64,000 bases of DNA. Source: Octopus bimaculoides (Eukaryota). Positions 53,401-63,516 of the stretch are shown here, piece by piece. A model generated the notes under the pieces. The model did not search any database. It had not been told where the DNA came from and saw only the letters and a list, made by a program, of their open reading frames with translations. The position numbers and the translations under genes are program-made. Location: contig NC_068981.1 of assembly GCF_001194135.2 (NCBI RefSeq), positions 125,861,950 to 125,925,949 of the forward strand, in the 5' to 3' direction. The number at the start of each line of letters is the position of its first letter. Positions within the stretch are counted from its first letter, which is position 1.

Positions 53401-54284
53401 ATTTATACACTCTACATATATTATGATGTCAGTATATTAAGAATTATTTGTCTATGTTCTTTCATAATAGATACGGAGTAAGTCTTGTTGGAATTCAGCA
53501 GGATATTCATAACTCAACCATCCAATTAAATCCAGGACCAAGACATATCATGAGAAGTTCTGACATTTGTTTCTACATGAATATTACAAAAGAAGAAAAT
53601 TCTGCTTTTATTCTTGCACATCCAAATCAAGAGGATCCAAAAGGAGATAAAGCTCGTCTCCCTCAAGGGGCAGAACAGGCTTCCAGAGTGGCGAGTATGA
53701 TTGCAAGTGTAGGTTAGTATATATTTTATCTTTTTCTCTCTGCTATACAATCACACATCAATACAAACACATTTGTGGTTTTGTTTAAATTTGCACTTCT
53801 CTGAAAATCTCTGAGCGACAAGTGTTGATGTTGTTGATATTTCCTCAGTCAACTAATTGTCAACTGAGTCTGCAAATTTGAAGCTATTTGAAATAAAAGA
53901 CCCCTTATTGGAAAAGCTGGTATGGGCTAGCAGTAAGAAGGACATCTAGCTGTAAAACAATGCCTCAATTATATATTCATTTATCTCATACTAGCATGGA
54001 AAAACAGACATTATATATACACATGTATATATTTAACATCTGTTTTTCCTTGCTAGCATGGGTTAAATAAATATACGACTGAGAAATTGTTTTACAGCCA
54101 GATATATATATATGGACCGATCGATCAATCGATCAATCTTTGTGAAGGCTCTCTGGCCACTGTTTGCATTTTCTAAAGAGTATTTGCCTGATTTTCTAAG
54201 CTGTCTTCACAGTTATCTTGCATTCACAAATTCCTTTATTTATGGAGAATACTGATACATGTGGCACTTATAAGTTTGTTTACA

Positions 54285-54331
<47 letters not shown>

Positions 54332-56434
54332 CAGATTGATTGATTACCAACATTAGAACATTACTTCTGTAACTTAGGTATTTTAGTTATGTAACAACTC
54401 GCTGCAGTTTTCAAGATATAATATAAATGTTTTGTTTTTACTTCGTAATTGACTTATTTGCTACAGGAAATTCCTCTATTTAAAAAGAATTTTTCCAACA
54501 GAAACATATGCATGCAATCATGGAAGAATAAATGTAAATGTTTTTTTTTATAAATTTGACTGGGTTGTTAATAAGTTTTCTTTCTTCCAGAGTCAGTAAA
54601 CTACTTCTAAATAATATCAAGGAATTGTTCTATCCTGCTGAATCCTTTTTTGCCTGCCATAGGCATACTGTCACAGTTGCATACATATACACATGCATAC
54701 ACACACATGTATATACACACATAAGCATACACACATGCACACACATACACTCACAGTAAGAATTTCTTTTATAATAGAATAAAGAGAAAGTAGCTTTTCG
54801 ACTTTGGCAATACTTATTAATGCTAATTTTTCCACTTCTTCTAATCAGCTGATAAATATTGCAAATATGGAAGTGTTCCACAAGATCTTTAACAACAATA
54901 ACTTGTTTCATTTTCTACTTTTTACTTTTAGTATTCCTTAGAATATGTAAATACAAAGTATCTACAAGCTGTTTTATATTACAGAAAAGACTAAATTCTG
55001 TACAGAATATAAATAAGACAAAAAAAATTAGAGACATCGAGTCAGGTTCAAACCTGTTGTTATATTGACCGTTAAAGAATTAGATTTTTCTAGGCTTTCT
55101 TAAATTAAGCAGATGCAGGCATAGCTGTGTGGTAAGAAGTTTGCTTCCTAACCACATGGTTTTGGGTTTACTCCCACCACATAGCACTTTGGGGGCAAGT
55201 GTCTTCTAATATAGCCCCAGGCTGACCAAAGCTATGTGTGTGTGTGTGTGTGTACGCCCCCTCCCCCTGCTTGATTACTAGTGTTGTTTTGTTTGCATTC
55301 CCATTACCTAGCAGTTCAGCAAAAGAGACTGATAGTGCCAGACTTAATATATAAATACTGGGATTGATTTATATGGCTAAAACCCTTCAAGGGCCATTCC
55401 AGCATGGTTGTAGTTCAAAGACTTAAACAAGTACAAAATAAAGGTTATGTTATCTATCATCCCAAACTTTTCAGTTATAGAAGTGCTTAAATTCTTCAAA
55501 GTTACTTGAAAGTAGATATGCTTCTGTTACTATGTACATTTATATGTCTTATGTGCCAAATCTTTATCCTCAGCTGCCAGTCATTTCTAATTATCATTGC
55601 TTTTCTTAAATGAGACAATGGTTTAAAATAATTTTTTCTTACATATTTAGGTACTGTTGCATTAGAACTACAACATACAAAAGTCAACTCTCCAAGGTCC
55701 TGTTTAAACCGACAAGACAGTAAACGATCACCATTAGACTTACCAAAAGAATTAAATATCCAAAGTCTTCAAAAACGGCCAAGCATTGCTCCAGTTCCTG
55801 CCGTGCTTGATTCCATCAATATTCATCTAAGGATGGGGGACTCCGACACTGATTCAGAAGAAACAGATTATTCAGAAAGTGAACAGACAGATGGTAACTG
55901 GAGTAATAGTATACACTTAGAGTAAGTAATATGTTAAATTAATGTGAATGAAATTCATATACATATATATAAAGAACAAATATCAACAAAAAACATTTTC
56001 AATAATTACCTTAGGAGATGCAGCAAATGTCTACTTTCTATGAAAGTAAAATAAGCATGTGTGATATCTTTTACCTGTCCAAGATCATTAGGAATGCTAG
56101 AGTGGCTCAAAATGAAATATAAAATAGTATCACAGACTGAATTTACTAAGGACAATGTCTTGACACAACATACATCTCAGATATGTTTAACAGTTTCAAA
56201 TAAAATACACAAAATTACTGTTTTAACTAAAATCGTAAAATCATTTTATATATAATCAAATTGTGCGCAGGAGTGGCTGTGTGGTAAGTAGCTTGCTTAC
56301 CAACCAGATGGTTCCGGGTTCATTCCCATTGCATGACATCTTGGGCAAGTGTCTTCTACTATAGCCTCAGGCCGACCAAAGCCTTGTGAGTGGATTTGGT
56401 AGACGGAAACTGAAAGAAGCCTGTCATATATATG

Positions 56435-56469
<35 letters not shown>

Positions 56470-57697
56470 GTGTGTGTATATGTTTGTGTGTCTGTGTTTC
56501 CCCCCCCCCCAACATCGCTTGACAACCGATGGTGGTGTGTTTATGTCCCTGTAACTTAGCGGTTCAGCAAAACAGACCGATAAAATAAGTACTAGGCTTA
56601 CAAAGAATAAGTCCTGGGGTCGATTTGCTTGACTAAAGGCGGTGCTCTAGCATGGCCGCAGTCAAATGACTGAAACAAGTAAAAGAGTAAAAGAGAGGAT
56701 TTCAAAATTTAATGACTAGAGCATTCAGACTCCTTACTTAACTACCATGAAATGCAAAACAGTTTTCATCAAACTTTTGTTCTTCATTATTTTTGGGGTC
56801 ACTAAAATAACTACCTGTCAAGTACTGGTGTTGATATAATTGACTTCCCCTTCCCCTTAAAAACTGCTGGTCCTCTACGAAAATTTAAAACCATTATTTT
56901 GTCAAATTTGATATATAATTTTGAAGTAGCATTTTCAACAGAAAATGAATTTTCCTCTCTTTATATTCCATAATCATTTGTATAATCAGATGTTACTTTC
57001 TAATTCTAAACTATATTATACATAAATACATACAGTTTTATAAAGTTAAATAGATTATAAAAATAATACTCATCAGCTATTAAATTATAGATTCTTAAAA
57101 AATATATTTTAAAATTATCTATTTTACTCTTCAGTTACATTCGAGGATTCCCTCCAGTTACACCATATATTGGTACAAGTCCCACTTTATGTCACCTTCT
57201 AAGAGAAAAACGGCCACTTTGTTGTTTGCAGTTAGCTACGGTAATATCAAATTTTAATGATTCATGTTCACTTATTTAATTTGTTTTTATTTAACATATT
57301 TTTGGATATTCCCAAATTAATAAGATAATTTACTAAAAAAAGTGTCAATTTCAGCTAAGTTTATCCTAAATGTTTACATATTTCTTTAATGGATTGTTCG
57401 TTTTTCATTACTATTATCCCACAATTTATGACTATTAAAAAATACCTTTTTAAATTCATGTTTAATATCATAAATTGCCTAAAATTCTTTAACTATTATT
57501 TTAATATAATTTTATTTAATATAGACATGTGAGCATTGTAGTTATAACAATGCAAAAGATTACAACTGGCCAAATCGTGCAATTATTATAGCTGCTGATA
57601 ATGCTAGTAATGGTTTGTACAACTTTATTGTGCCTCTCCGATCTCATGCTCGTCCTAAACACACTCTCAACCCAATAGTATTGCTTTTGGAAAAAAA
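23829..57697 (+). CDS. Slo2: Slo2/KCNT-family potassium channel (KCNT1/KCNT2 co-ortholog), partial gene, 16 exons joined in frame
   Basis: The spliced translation contains [92 protein letters not shown] and [10 protein letters not shown], all recognisable Slo2/KCNT motifs. All 15 introns are GT-AG with compatible phases. Confidence 0.97.
26012..26091 (+). ncRNA. Hammerhead-like motif with canonical core
   Basis: AAAGCC-CTGATGA-GATTC...GATTC-GAAAC-ATAT-GTA-AGTTTT: perfect CUGAUGA and GAAA, palindromic stem III ACATATGT, and stems I and II with one mismatch each. Confidence 0.55.
28120..28295 (+). mobile_element. Family A repeat copy, about 100 nt upstream of the S2 exon
   Basis: GCACCCACTACACTCTCGGAGTGGTTGGCGTTAGGAAGGGCATCCAGCTGTAGAAAC...GTTAAATGATGATGATG. 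Confidence 0.85.
28399..28507 (+). CDS. Slo2: Slo2 exon, S2 ([36 protein letters not shown]), 109 nt
   Basis: Acceptor TTTAAG, donor AAG|GTAAGT. The WV.R...LW..Q...A.IS..E...YLSYK pattern matches KCNT. Confidence 0.93.
28814..28888 (+). CDS. Slo2: Slo2 exon, S3 ([25 protein letters not shown]), 75 nt
   Basis: Acceptor TTTTAAG, donor ACA|GTAAGT, phase 0/0. GNI..Q....F.LE.INT.PF motif. Confidence 0.94.
30095..30600 (+). mobile_element. Highly decayed RTE-like RT fragment
   Basis: Frameshifted [20 protein letters not shown] resembles the RT motif EKYRE..K.LY..F.D.EKAFD. The right boundary is uncertain. Confidence 0.4.
33830..34800 (-). mobile_element. 5'-truncated RLE-type non-LTR retrotransposon (NeSL/Hero-like), restriction-like endonuclease region plus presumed 3' UTR
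   Basis: Stop-free frame over 34800-34377 reads [11 protein letters not shown]...RPDLVIWD...[37 protein letters not shown]...VGARGF. The N gap 34143-34376 hides the ORF end, so linkage of 33830-34142 to the ORF is assumed. Confidence 0.82.
35723..35806 (+). CDS. Slo2: Slo2 exon, S4 ([28 protein letters not shown]), 84 nt
   Basis: Acceptor TTTTACAG, donor TTT|[21 protein letters not shown] motif. Confidence 0.96.
36811..37956 (-). mobile_element. Second copy of the same mariner family, missing about 130 bp at its 5' end
   Basis: Colinear with 16648-17918 and has the same left TIR. ORF 36888..37184 contains [11 protein letters not shown] and HPPYSSDIA. Confidence 0.9.
37960..39258 (-). mobile_element. 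5'-truncated L1/Tx1-clade LINE fragment (RT C-terminus and CCHC region)
   Basis: Minus-strand fragments [35 protein letters not shown] and [18 protein letters not shown]. An A-rich end with AATAAA lies near 37965 and abuts the truncated mariner. Confidence 0.8.
39765..39870 (+). mobile_element. Short RTE LINE RT fragment
   Basis: [31 protein letters not shown] in ORF 39673..40065, homologous to the fragment near 46750-46810. Confidence 0.75.
40596..40690 (+). CDS. Slo2: Slo2 exon, S4-S5 linker and S5 ([32 protein letters not shown]), 95 nt
   Basis: Acceptor TTTAAATAG, donor AG|GTTTGT. ND.HR....QSA...Q..IL..T..CLVFT motif. AG+T gives Ser with the next exon. Confidence 0.95.
43675..43864. repeat. 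Inverted repeat, perfect 43-bp arms (43675-43717 and 43822-43864)
   Basis: AAAGAATAAAAAGTTTTGAATGGTACAACAATGCACTATAATA and its exact reverse complement, with a few more pairs extending inward. Confidence 0.95.
43744..43777 (+). ncRNA. Degenerate hammerhead-like motif in the loop of a 43-bp inverted repeat
   Basis: CTGAAGA-A-GGAAT-TGT-ATTCT-GAAA-TATC: stem II GGAAT/ATTCT, palindromic stem III ATAT, weak stem I. Confidence 0.45.
44030..44213 (+). CDS. Slo2: Slo2 exon, pore helix, selectivity filter TVGYG and S6 ([61 protein letters not shown]), 184 nt
   Basis: Lies within ORF 43971..44255. Acceptor TTTTTGCAG, donor CAA|GTAAGA. The K+ channel signature is intact. Confidence 0.98.
44615..44779 (+). 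CDS. Slo2: Slo2 exon, post-S6 linker and RCK1 start ([55 protein letters not shown]), 165 nt
   Basis: Lies within ORF 44588..44818. Acceptor TTTTTCAG, donor CAG|GTACAA. Confidence 0.97.
44899..45017. repeat. (CAT)n microsatellite with CGT interruptions
   Basis: Read directly. It forms the tail of the RTE-like element. Confidence 0.95.
44899..47030 (-). mobile_element. 5'-truncated RTE-clade LINE: RT C-terminus (about 46250-47030), long 3' UTR and (GAT)n tail
   Basis: Minus-strand decayed translation gives [12 protein letters not shown]...[22 protein letters not shown] and further RTE-like residues. The repeat then runs through a pyrimidine-rich tract into the GGAAGGGCATCCAGCTGTA motif and a ~120 nt (GAT/GAC)n tail at 44899-45017. 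Confidence 0.72.
49824..49960 (+). CDS. Slo2: Slo2 exon, RCK1 ([46 protein letters not shown]), 137 nt
   Basis: Lies within ORF 49800..49997. Acceptor TTTTCTCAG, donor AG|GTGTGT. Confidence 0.96.
50449..50512 (+). CDS. Slo2: Slo2 exon, RCK1 ([21 protein letters not shown]), 64 nt
   Basis: Acceptor TTCATTCAG, donor GCT|GTAAGT, phase 2/0. EAC.IL..RN motif. Confidence 0.94.
50799..50907 (+). CDS. Slo2: Slo2 exon, RCK1 ([37 protein letters not shown]), 109 nt
   Basis: Acceptor TTTTATTCAG, donor G|GTAAGT. Confidence 0.97.
51784..51892 (+). CDS. Slo2: Slo2 exon, RCK1 ([36 protein letters not shown]), 109 nt
   Basis: Acceptor CCATTTCAG, donor TT|GTAAGA. Confidence 0.97.
52422..52571 (+). CDS. Slo2: Slo2 exon ([50 protein letters not shown]), 150 nt
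   Basis: Acceptor ATATTTCAG, donor AA|GTAAGT. Confidence 0.97.
53471..53712 (+). CDS. Slo2: Slo2 exon, end of RCK1 ([51 protein letters not shown]...[12 protein letters not shown]), 242 nt
   Basis: Lies within ORF 53448..53717. Acceptor TTTCATAATAG, donor G|GTTAGT. Confidence 0.96.
55115..55440 (+). mobile_element. SINE family B copy
   Basis: Colinear with 56265-56695. Confidence 0.8.
55651..55921 (+). CDS. Slo2: Slo2 exon, RCK1-RCK2 linker ([10 protein letters not shown]...[51 protein letters not shown]), 271 nt
   Basis: Not in the ORF track; read by hand. Acceptor CATATTTAG, donor GA|GTAAGT. It is open for 89 codons, phase 1/2 fits both neighbours, and GTVA.EL and RPSIAPV are conserved. 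Confidence 0.93.
56265..56695 (+). mobile_element. Full-length tRNA-derived SINE-like element (family B)
   Basis: Head with A-box-like TGGCTGTGTGGTAAG and B-box-like GGTTCATTCCC, an internal (TA)/(TG) microsatellite and a GTAAAAGA-repeat tail. Related partial copies lie near 8450-8598(-), 11095-11392, 30722-30870, 31200-31345, 32655-32995(-), 48700-48810, 55115-55440 and 61705-61850(-). Confidence 0.85.
57135..57240 (+). CDS. Slo2: Slo2 exon ([35 protein letters not shown]), 106 nt
   Basis: Acceptor TACTCTTCAG, donor ACG|[21 protein letters not shown] motif. Confidence 0.96.
57525..57697 (+). CDS. Slo2: Slo2 exon, RCK2 start ([59 protein letters not shown]), 173 nt
   Basis: Acceptor TTTAATATAG, donor AA|[17 protein letters not shown] and LNPIVLLL motifs. 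Confidence 0.96.
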
Positions 57698-57896
57698 GTA
57701 AGTATTCATAATTTTTTAATGTTTTTGTAACATAAATAGAAATGTATAAAATCTGTTACAATTTTTTTCCTTAATTGTCAAGAGGGATATTAAAACAGTG
57801 AATATAATAATTTCATTATATACAGTGTTAAAGTGGTACAAGATAATCTTTTTGTTTGATGAATAATTGATTTTTATTTTGCTTCATTATTTAAAA

Positions 57897-58539
57897 CAGG
57901 GGTGTCAAATATACAACCTGCAGGCTTGATCAGGCCTGTAGCAATGTTTAGTTTGGTCCTTAGTTCAATTTCATTAAAAAAATTACCCTAAATTGTCTTC
58001 ATTTTAAAATATTCTGTAAAATATTATAATACTGGTTTTGACTTGTCAAATCAGTGCATCTTAAAATATCTTTCATAATCTCCACTAATAAAATGAAACT
58101 CATAAAATCATATGTTAAATGGTGTGTCATATTACCCCTTCACTTTGTCTATACTTATTTTAATTTCAAATTTATGTACATTTTTATATAGTGATATGAG
58201 CTGTATTAAAAGGTTTTATAATGAAATGATGCAAGCTTTCTTACGAGCATTGATTTTTTTTTCAGGAACTGTATACATCCATTTCAATAATTTCTTTCTT
58301 GATTTCCACTTTACTTAGTAGGACTGTATATATTTTTACATACTGTGTGGATTAGTTTTTCCCACACATCTGTGTGCATAATTTTGCTAACACTTCATAT
58401 TCTTTCCTTTCTTTATTATCAATAAAGTTGTTATAATTTATGTTGAAACCTTTATCCATTTTCTTTGCCCTAATTGTCCCTGTCCAACCCACAAGATCTA
58501 CAATCCAGCCCAAAAAGCTAATCAAATTTGACACCTCTG
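57897..58539. mobile_element. hAT-like non-autonomous element (MITE)
   Basis: TIRs CAGGGGTGTCAAA and TTTGACACCTCTG. The flanking 8-mers ATTTAAAA and GTTTAAAT share a TTTAAA core, consistent with a decayed 8-bp TSD. Confidence 0.75.
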
Positions 58540-58731
58540 GTTTAAATATGCATTTCAAGTTGAAAAATATGCTGAAAATTATATGTTGGTTAATATTGGA
58601 ATTATGTATTTTAAAAACTGCCTCAAAGCATAAAGACAAGAAAGAAAACATTTATCATAAATGGTAAGACACCTAATTAGTTTCTCTTGCATAGTAACTT
58701 GTATTTCTTATATAATAAAAATTGATATACA

Positions 58732-58977
58732 GCTTGTGCAGGTGGCACATAAAAGACACCATTTCGAGCGTGGCCGTTTTCGTGCGGGTGACACGTAAAA
58801 GCACCCACTACACTCTCTGAGTGGTTGGTGTTAGGAAGGGCATCCAGTTGTAGAAACTCTGCCAAATTAGATTGGAGCCTGGTGTTGCCATCCAGTTTCA
58901 CCAGTCCTCAGTCAAATCGTCCAACCCATGCTAGCATGGAAGGCGGACGTTAAACGATGATGATGATGATGATGATG
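58732..58977 (+). mobile_element. Family A repeat copy
   Basis: Same core and (GAT)n tail. More diverged copies lie near 24770-24978, 31575-31685, 40983-41200(-), 41947-42200(-), 47785-47943 and 53920-54010. Confidence 0.85.
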
Positions 58978-60329
58978 TTTCACATTTTTCATATAAATTA
59001 TGAGTAAATTTTTTTTTTTCTGTTAGAAAAAATTTCCTGTAATTATTCTTTGATTAGACGTTCTAAATAAACAATCACACAATATTTTTTTCCGTGCAGA
59101 CATTTCTCTGTTTAAGATATCATAAATATATAAGATTGCTTGTATGTTGACAAACTTAAACTTTCCATATATATCATATATAGTGTATGGCTCCAGTGTT
59201 TTAACATACTTTTCTTTTTTCAATATAAACCCTTTCAAAATTAACGCTGATAAACAACATGTTTTATAATGCCAACATAACAGTGATACTAATATATAAA
59301 CATTTTTATTGATATTAGAATCTAGAATTTCATGTAAATAATAAACAAAAATGTTGTCCATTAAAAATCTATTTTAACTGAAATCACATGTAATACAGCA
59401 GAACCTAATATTAGTTTTTCATCTGTTTTTCCTAATTTGATATAGAATCTACTACAGGGAAATGTCAGGATCATTTGTATATCAGTTGTAAGTCAGAGAT
59501 TATTGTTTTGTTTTTTTTGCCACCAAACTCTGATCAATGGCAAATTACCAAGAGTGGTCCACATTTTCACTGTTTTTATTGTTACCAAACTCTCACAAAC
59601 TCCAAATGAAACCCAAACATAATCCTTAAAGATCTAATTTTTCATCCTTCTTACTCCTACCCAATAATTCTTAGCATGTCTGCTGTGAGCTGGTTTAATC
59701 TGGGGAAAAAAAAGATGAATTGTTGCATGACTTTCATTCTTGAATAAAACTTCACTTTTTAAAAGTCTTATTGAGAAATTTCTAAAACTCTGCATTCCCA
59801 ACAAAACTATATAACTTGCAATCAAATTGACATCTCTTTCCCTCTCTCTTCTCACTCTAAGATGAAGGATAGGAGCCTGAAACTTTGGAGTCTTCACTCC
59901 TTGTGTTTCTTATTAAACTATTCCCTACATTCTCCAATATCATAATGATTATTTTTACATTAGCACAAAGCTATATTTTTGTATGAAAATGAATGTGGTT
60001 GCAGTCATTTGAATTACTTCAGTACATTATTGGTACTTATTTTATCTCTTGAAGGGTTAAACAATAAAGTTGACTATGTCAGTAATAGTAATAGCAATGA
60101 TTTCTGAAACAGATACAAGACTACATATATTGGAGGTGCATACAATCAGTTATATTTACCCCAATATTGACCACAGTATGATGAAAGATAAATTTGATCC
60201 AGATAATATTTTCATTAAGAGAGTAAAGGTAGTAAATATCTATAGGCATTTAATATACTGGTCTGATGATAGGATAAATGCTTGAAATTTTGACTTAGAG
60301 TAAAGCTGGTTGATTCAACTCCAAAGGCA

Positions 60330-61280
60330 CAAGGCTTGTAATTTTGGAGGTAAGTTTACCTCTGTGAAATTTTAAAATCAGAAGGTAAAAACCCAGATGA
60401 AACACCAATAAACATGTTAATGATTCTGCCAGCTCACCACTGTAATAATGATAATAATAATAATGGCATAAGGCCAACAATTTTAGGGGAGGGGGTAAGT
60501 CAATTACATCAACCTCAGTGCTGAACTTGTGCTTATTTTATTGACCTTAAAAAAGATGAAAGACAAAGTTGACCTTGGGAACTTTTGAACACAGAATGTA
60601 AAGACCAGGAAGAAAAGCTGCTAAGCATTGTGTTTTGTCTTGTGTAGTAACTAATCTACTAGCTCACTACCTTGATTATGATGATGATGATGATAACATT
60701 TATGATGATAATAATTCTTTCTGCTGTAGAGACAAGGACTCAAAAATTTGTGGGGAAGGGACTAGTCAATTACATCAACTCCAGTGTTTCACTGGTACTT
60801 AATTTATTGACCCTAAAGGGATGAAAGGTAAAGTCAACCTCAGCAGAATTTGAACTCAGAAAGTACCAACAGACAAAATATCACTAAGCATTTCGCCTAC
60901 TATGCTATAATAATCCTTTCTGCTATAGGCACAAGGCCTGAAATATTGGAAGCGGGTGACTAGTTGATTACATCAAACTCAGTGCTCAGCTGGGACTTGT
61001 TTTATCAACTGCAAAAGGATGAAAGGCAAAGTGAACCTCAGCAGAATTTGAACTCAGAATGTAATGCCAGAAAAAATGCTGTTAGGCATTTTGTCTGGAA
61101 TGCTAATGATTCTTCCAGCTCACCAGCTTTAAGAAATAATGATTACAAATTTTCACACAATGCCAGCAATTTTAGAGGAGGAGTAAGTTGATTACATTGA
61201 TCCCATTGTTGTTCAACCGATACTCTATTTTATTGGCCCCCAAAAAGATGAAAGGCAAAAGTTGAACTCAGAACATAAAG
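60330..61280 (-). repeat. Cluster of about 5 head-to-tail partial copies of a SINE-like repeat (family E)
   Basis: The recurring block GATTACATC...GGTACTT..TTTATTGACC....GATGAAAGG.AAAGT..ACCTC.GCAGAATTTGAACTCAGA occurs near 60330, 60465, 60715, 60912 and 61150. + strand copies lie near 18135-18250 and 41295-41440. Confidence 0.75.
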
Positions 61281-63516
61281 AGCAGTATCTTTTATTTCAA
61301 ACATGTTATGTTACTTGTTTGAAAAGTAGTAGGAATCAGCATAAACATATCCATTTTTATCTCTTTTTCAATCCTTCATCCCTAAATTCATGTATACAGT
61401 TTATAAACACCTATCCCAATTCTATGTGCAATCCATGCATTTTGTATGGACAACTCTTCCAATTTTATGAGCCAAGCAAATTTCCATACAGTGTTAACAG
61501 AATCTATCTGATTAATAGGGATGAGGAAGGGCCTCATCTCTATTAATTATAAATAATGAATAAATCATACACCTGTTAAAAATTATCTTGTATATCTTCT
61601 TTATCAAAATAAATCAGATAATGAAGGGGGCAGCTGTAATAATCACAAAGGAATGTCAAATCAACAATGGGCTCTCAATTTAGTCATTTGATATTTCTTT
61701 TATCTCTTGATTGTTTCAATCATTTGAATGCAGCTATGCTGAGGCACCACATTGAATGGTTATTACTTGGACAGATCAACCCTCAGACTTATGTTTTGAA
61801 GCCTAGCACTTATTCTATCAGTCTCTTTTGGCTGAACTGCTAAGTTATGCCAGAAATAGCAACTAAATTACCCACAGTTTACACCTTATCATCTTTAATA
61901 AGGAAAGTCATGTTAGACTATGTAGTCCTAGATCATTTTTCATGTGACATGCCTACAAGTGTTGGCAATCATGGATCTTGAAGCCATCCATCTTGACACG
62001 CAACATTGTATGGTATTTAGCTAATCTTTCTGTAGCCAGCTAGTGTCTGCCATGGTTTCTTCTTTTAGTTTTTCAGTGTCTTGGGTACTTGGTGACGACC
62101 AGAAAAGACCCAGATACCTTTAAAAATAGATGGGAAGATTATGGTTGGAATGCCTCTGATCATAGTTGACCTGCCACTAAACAGCAACAACAAAGGAAAG
62201 TGTATAATTCCTCAAAATTCAAATGTACACTAAGGTAAAACAAACATACAGAAATAAAATAGAAGAAAATATCTCAATTTTAGATATAATCAACATCAAA
62301 AGAAGCACCAAAAGAAATAAAGTATCCAAAATGAAGAAAAAAAACTAAGATAAAATGCTTGCTAAATCAAAGATTTTATCCATAAAAGTGGAAAAGACTT
62401 CTTTGAACAAGACAAACAATTCATCACTCTAACCAATAATTTACAAGAACTATATAAAACAAAATCAAGTACCAATGTCACAACAATACCAAGTAAAGCA
62501 GATTCTTTTGAGTGGAGTGTCAACAGCAAATGGATTGCCATGGATTGATTTTGCCAGTGTTTTCTATTTGTGAATTCAGGAAACATTATCCTGAGTAAGG
62601 CAGCAACATTAACAAGTCAAATATGTCATGAAATGGAAAACAATTTTGTAAAAGGAAATTATAAAAACCATCCTATCTCTGTTAAAGAAATACATACAAA
62701 TGAGATTCATTTCCTCCACCCCCTTTTTTTTCTTTTTTTTTTTTTTTTCACTAAAACTTTTAACCAAAATACAAAATTAGAATGGATAAGAATGCTGTTA
62801 TTTTGGGATAACAATAAATCATATCCTGCTTATCAAGTTGTATGTTGCAGAGCGGATAAAAGCTGGAAACCTTGGTATATAGATTTAGTAGGGAAATAGA
62901 TGTGTCAAGATGACTATCCAGACAAAAAGAAAAGCAAAAACTAACTGGAGCCACTAATAATATATTAGATAAAGAAACAGATAAGAGAATAAGATTAAAC
63001 ACAGACATACTCAAGGTATATTTTAGATACATTAGATTCATACTTGAAGAAAAGTTAAATGTGAAAAAGGATGTAATGGTACTGTGTCCTCTACATAATC
63101 TAAGAAAGACTAGTTAGGAAAATAATGACTGCATTTAGAATATGGCACCCAAAAGCCAACACTGAAAGATTGTATATATCATGAATACTGAGATGTAGAG
63201 GTCTTCTGCAACTAGAAAATTATTTTGAAATATCTTTTGCTGGATTGTAAGGTATAAGACAGCTTTTGAAGGATGAAAAACAACTGGAACTAGCAAAAAC
63301 ATAAAAACTAAATGGAAATAGAATTGCAAACTGGCCAACAGTGTTGAATAATAAGAAAACTGAGCACAGAACTCGAGTTGAGACTAAAAACTTTTTGATT
63401 GCCATCCCATATTACCAAAAACTTTTAAAGCAGGATACAAAGAGAAATTACATATAAGTAATTATATTTTTTAAAGCTGACTAGTGTTAGCTTTCATAAT
63501 GAATATATATACCATG

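Noticed and set aside
62200-63450. A-rich stretch with faint RT-like words (LFWDNNKSY, compare LFADD.K.Y)
   Set aside because: Similarity is too weak to call by eye. Likewise 27000-27700.
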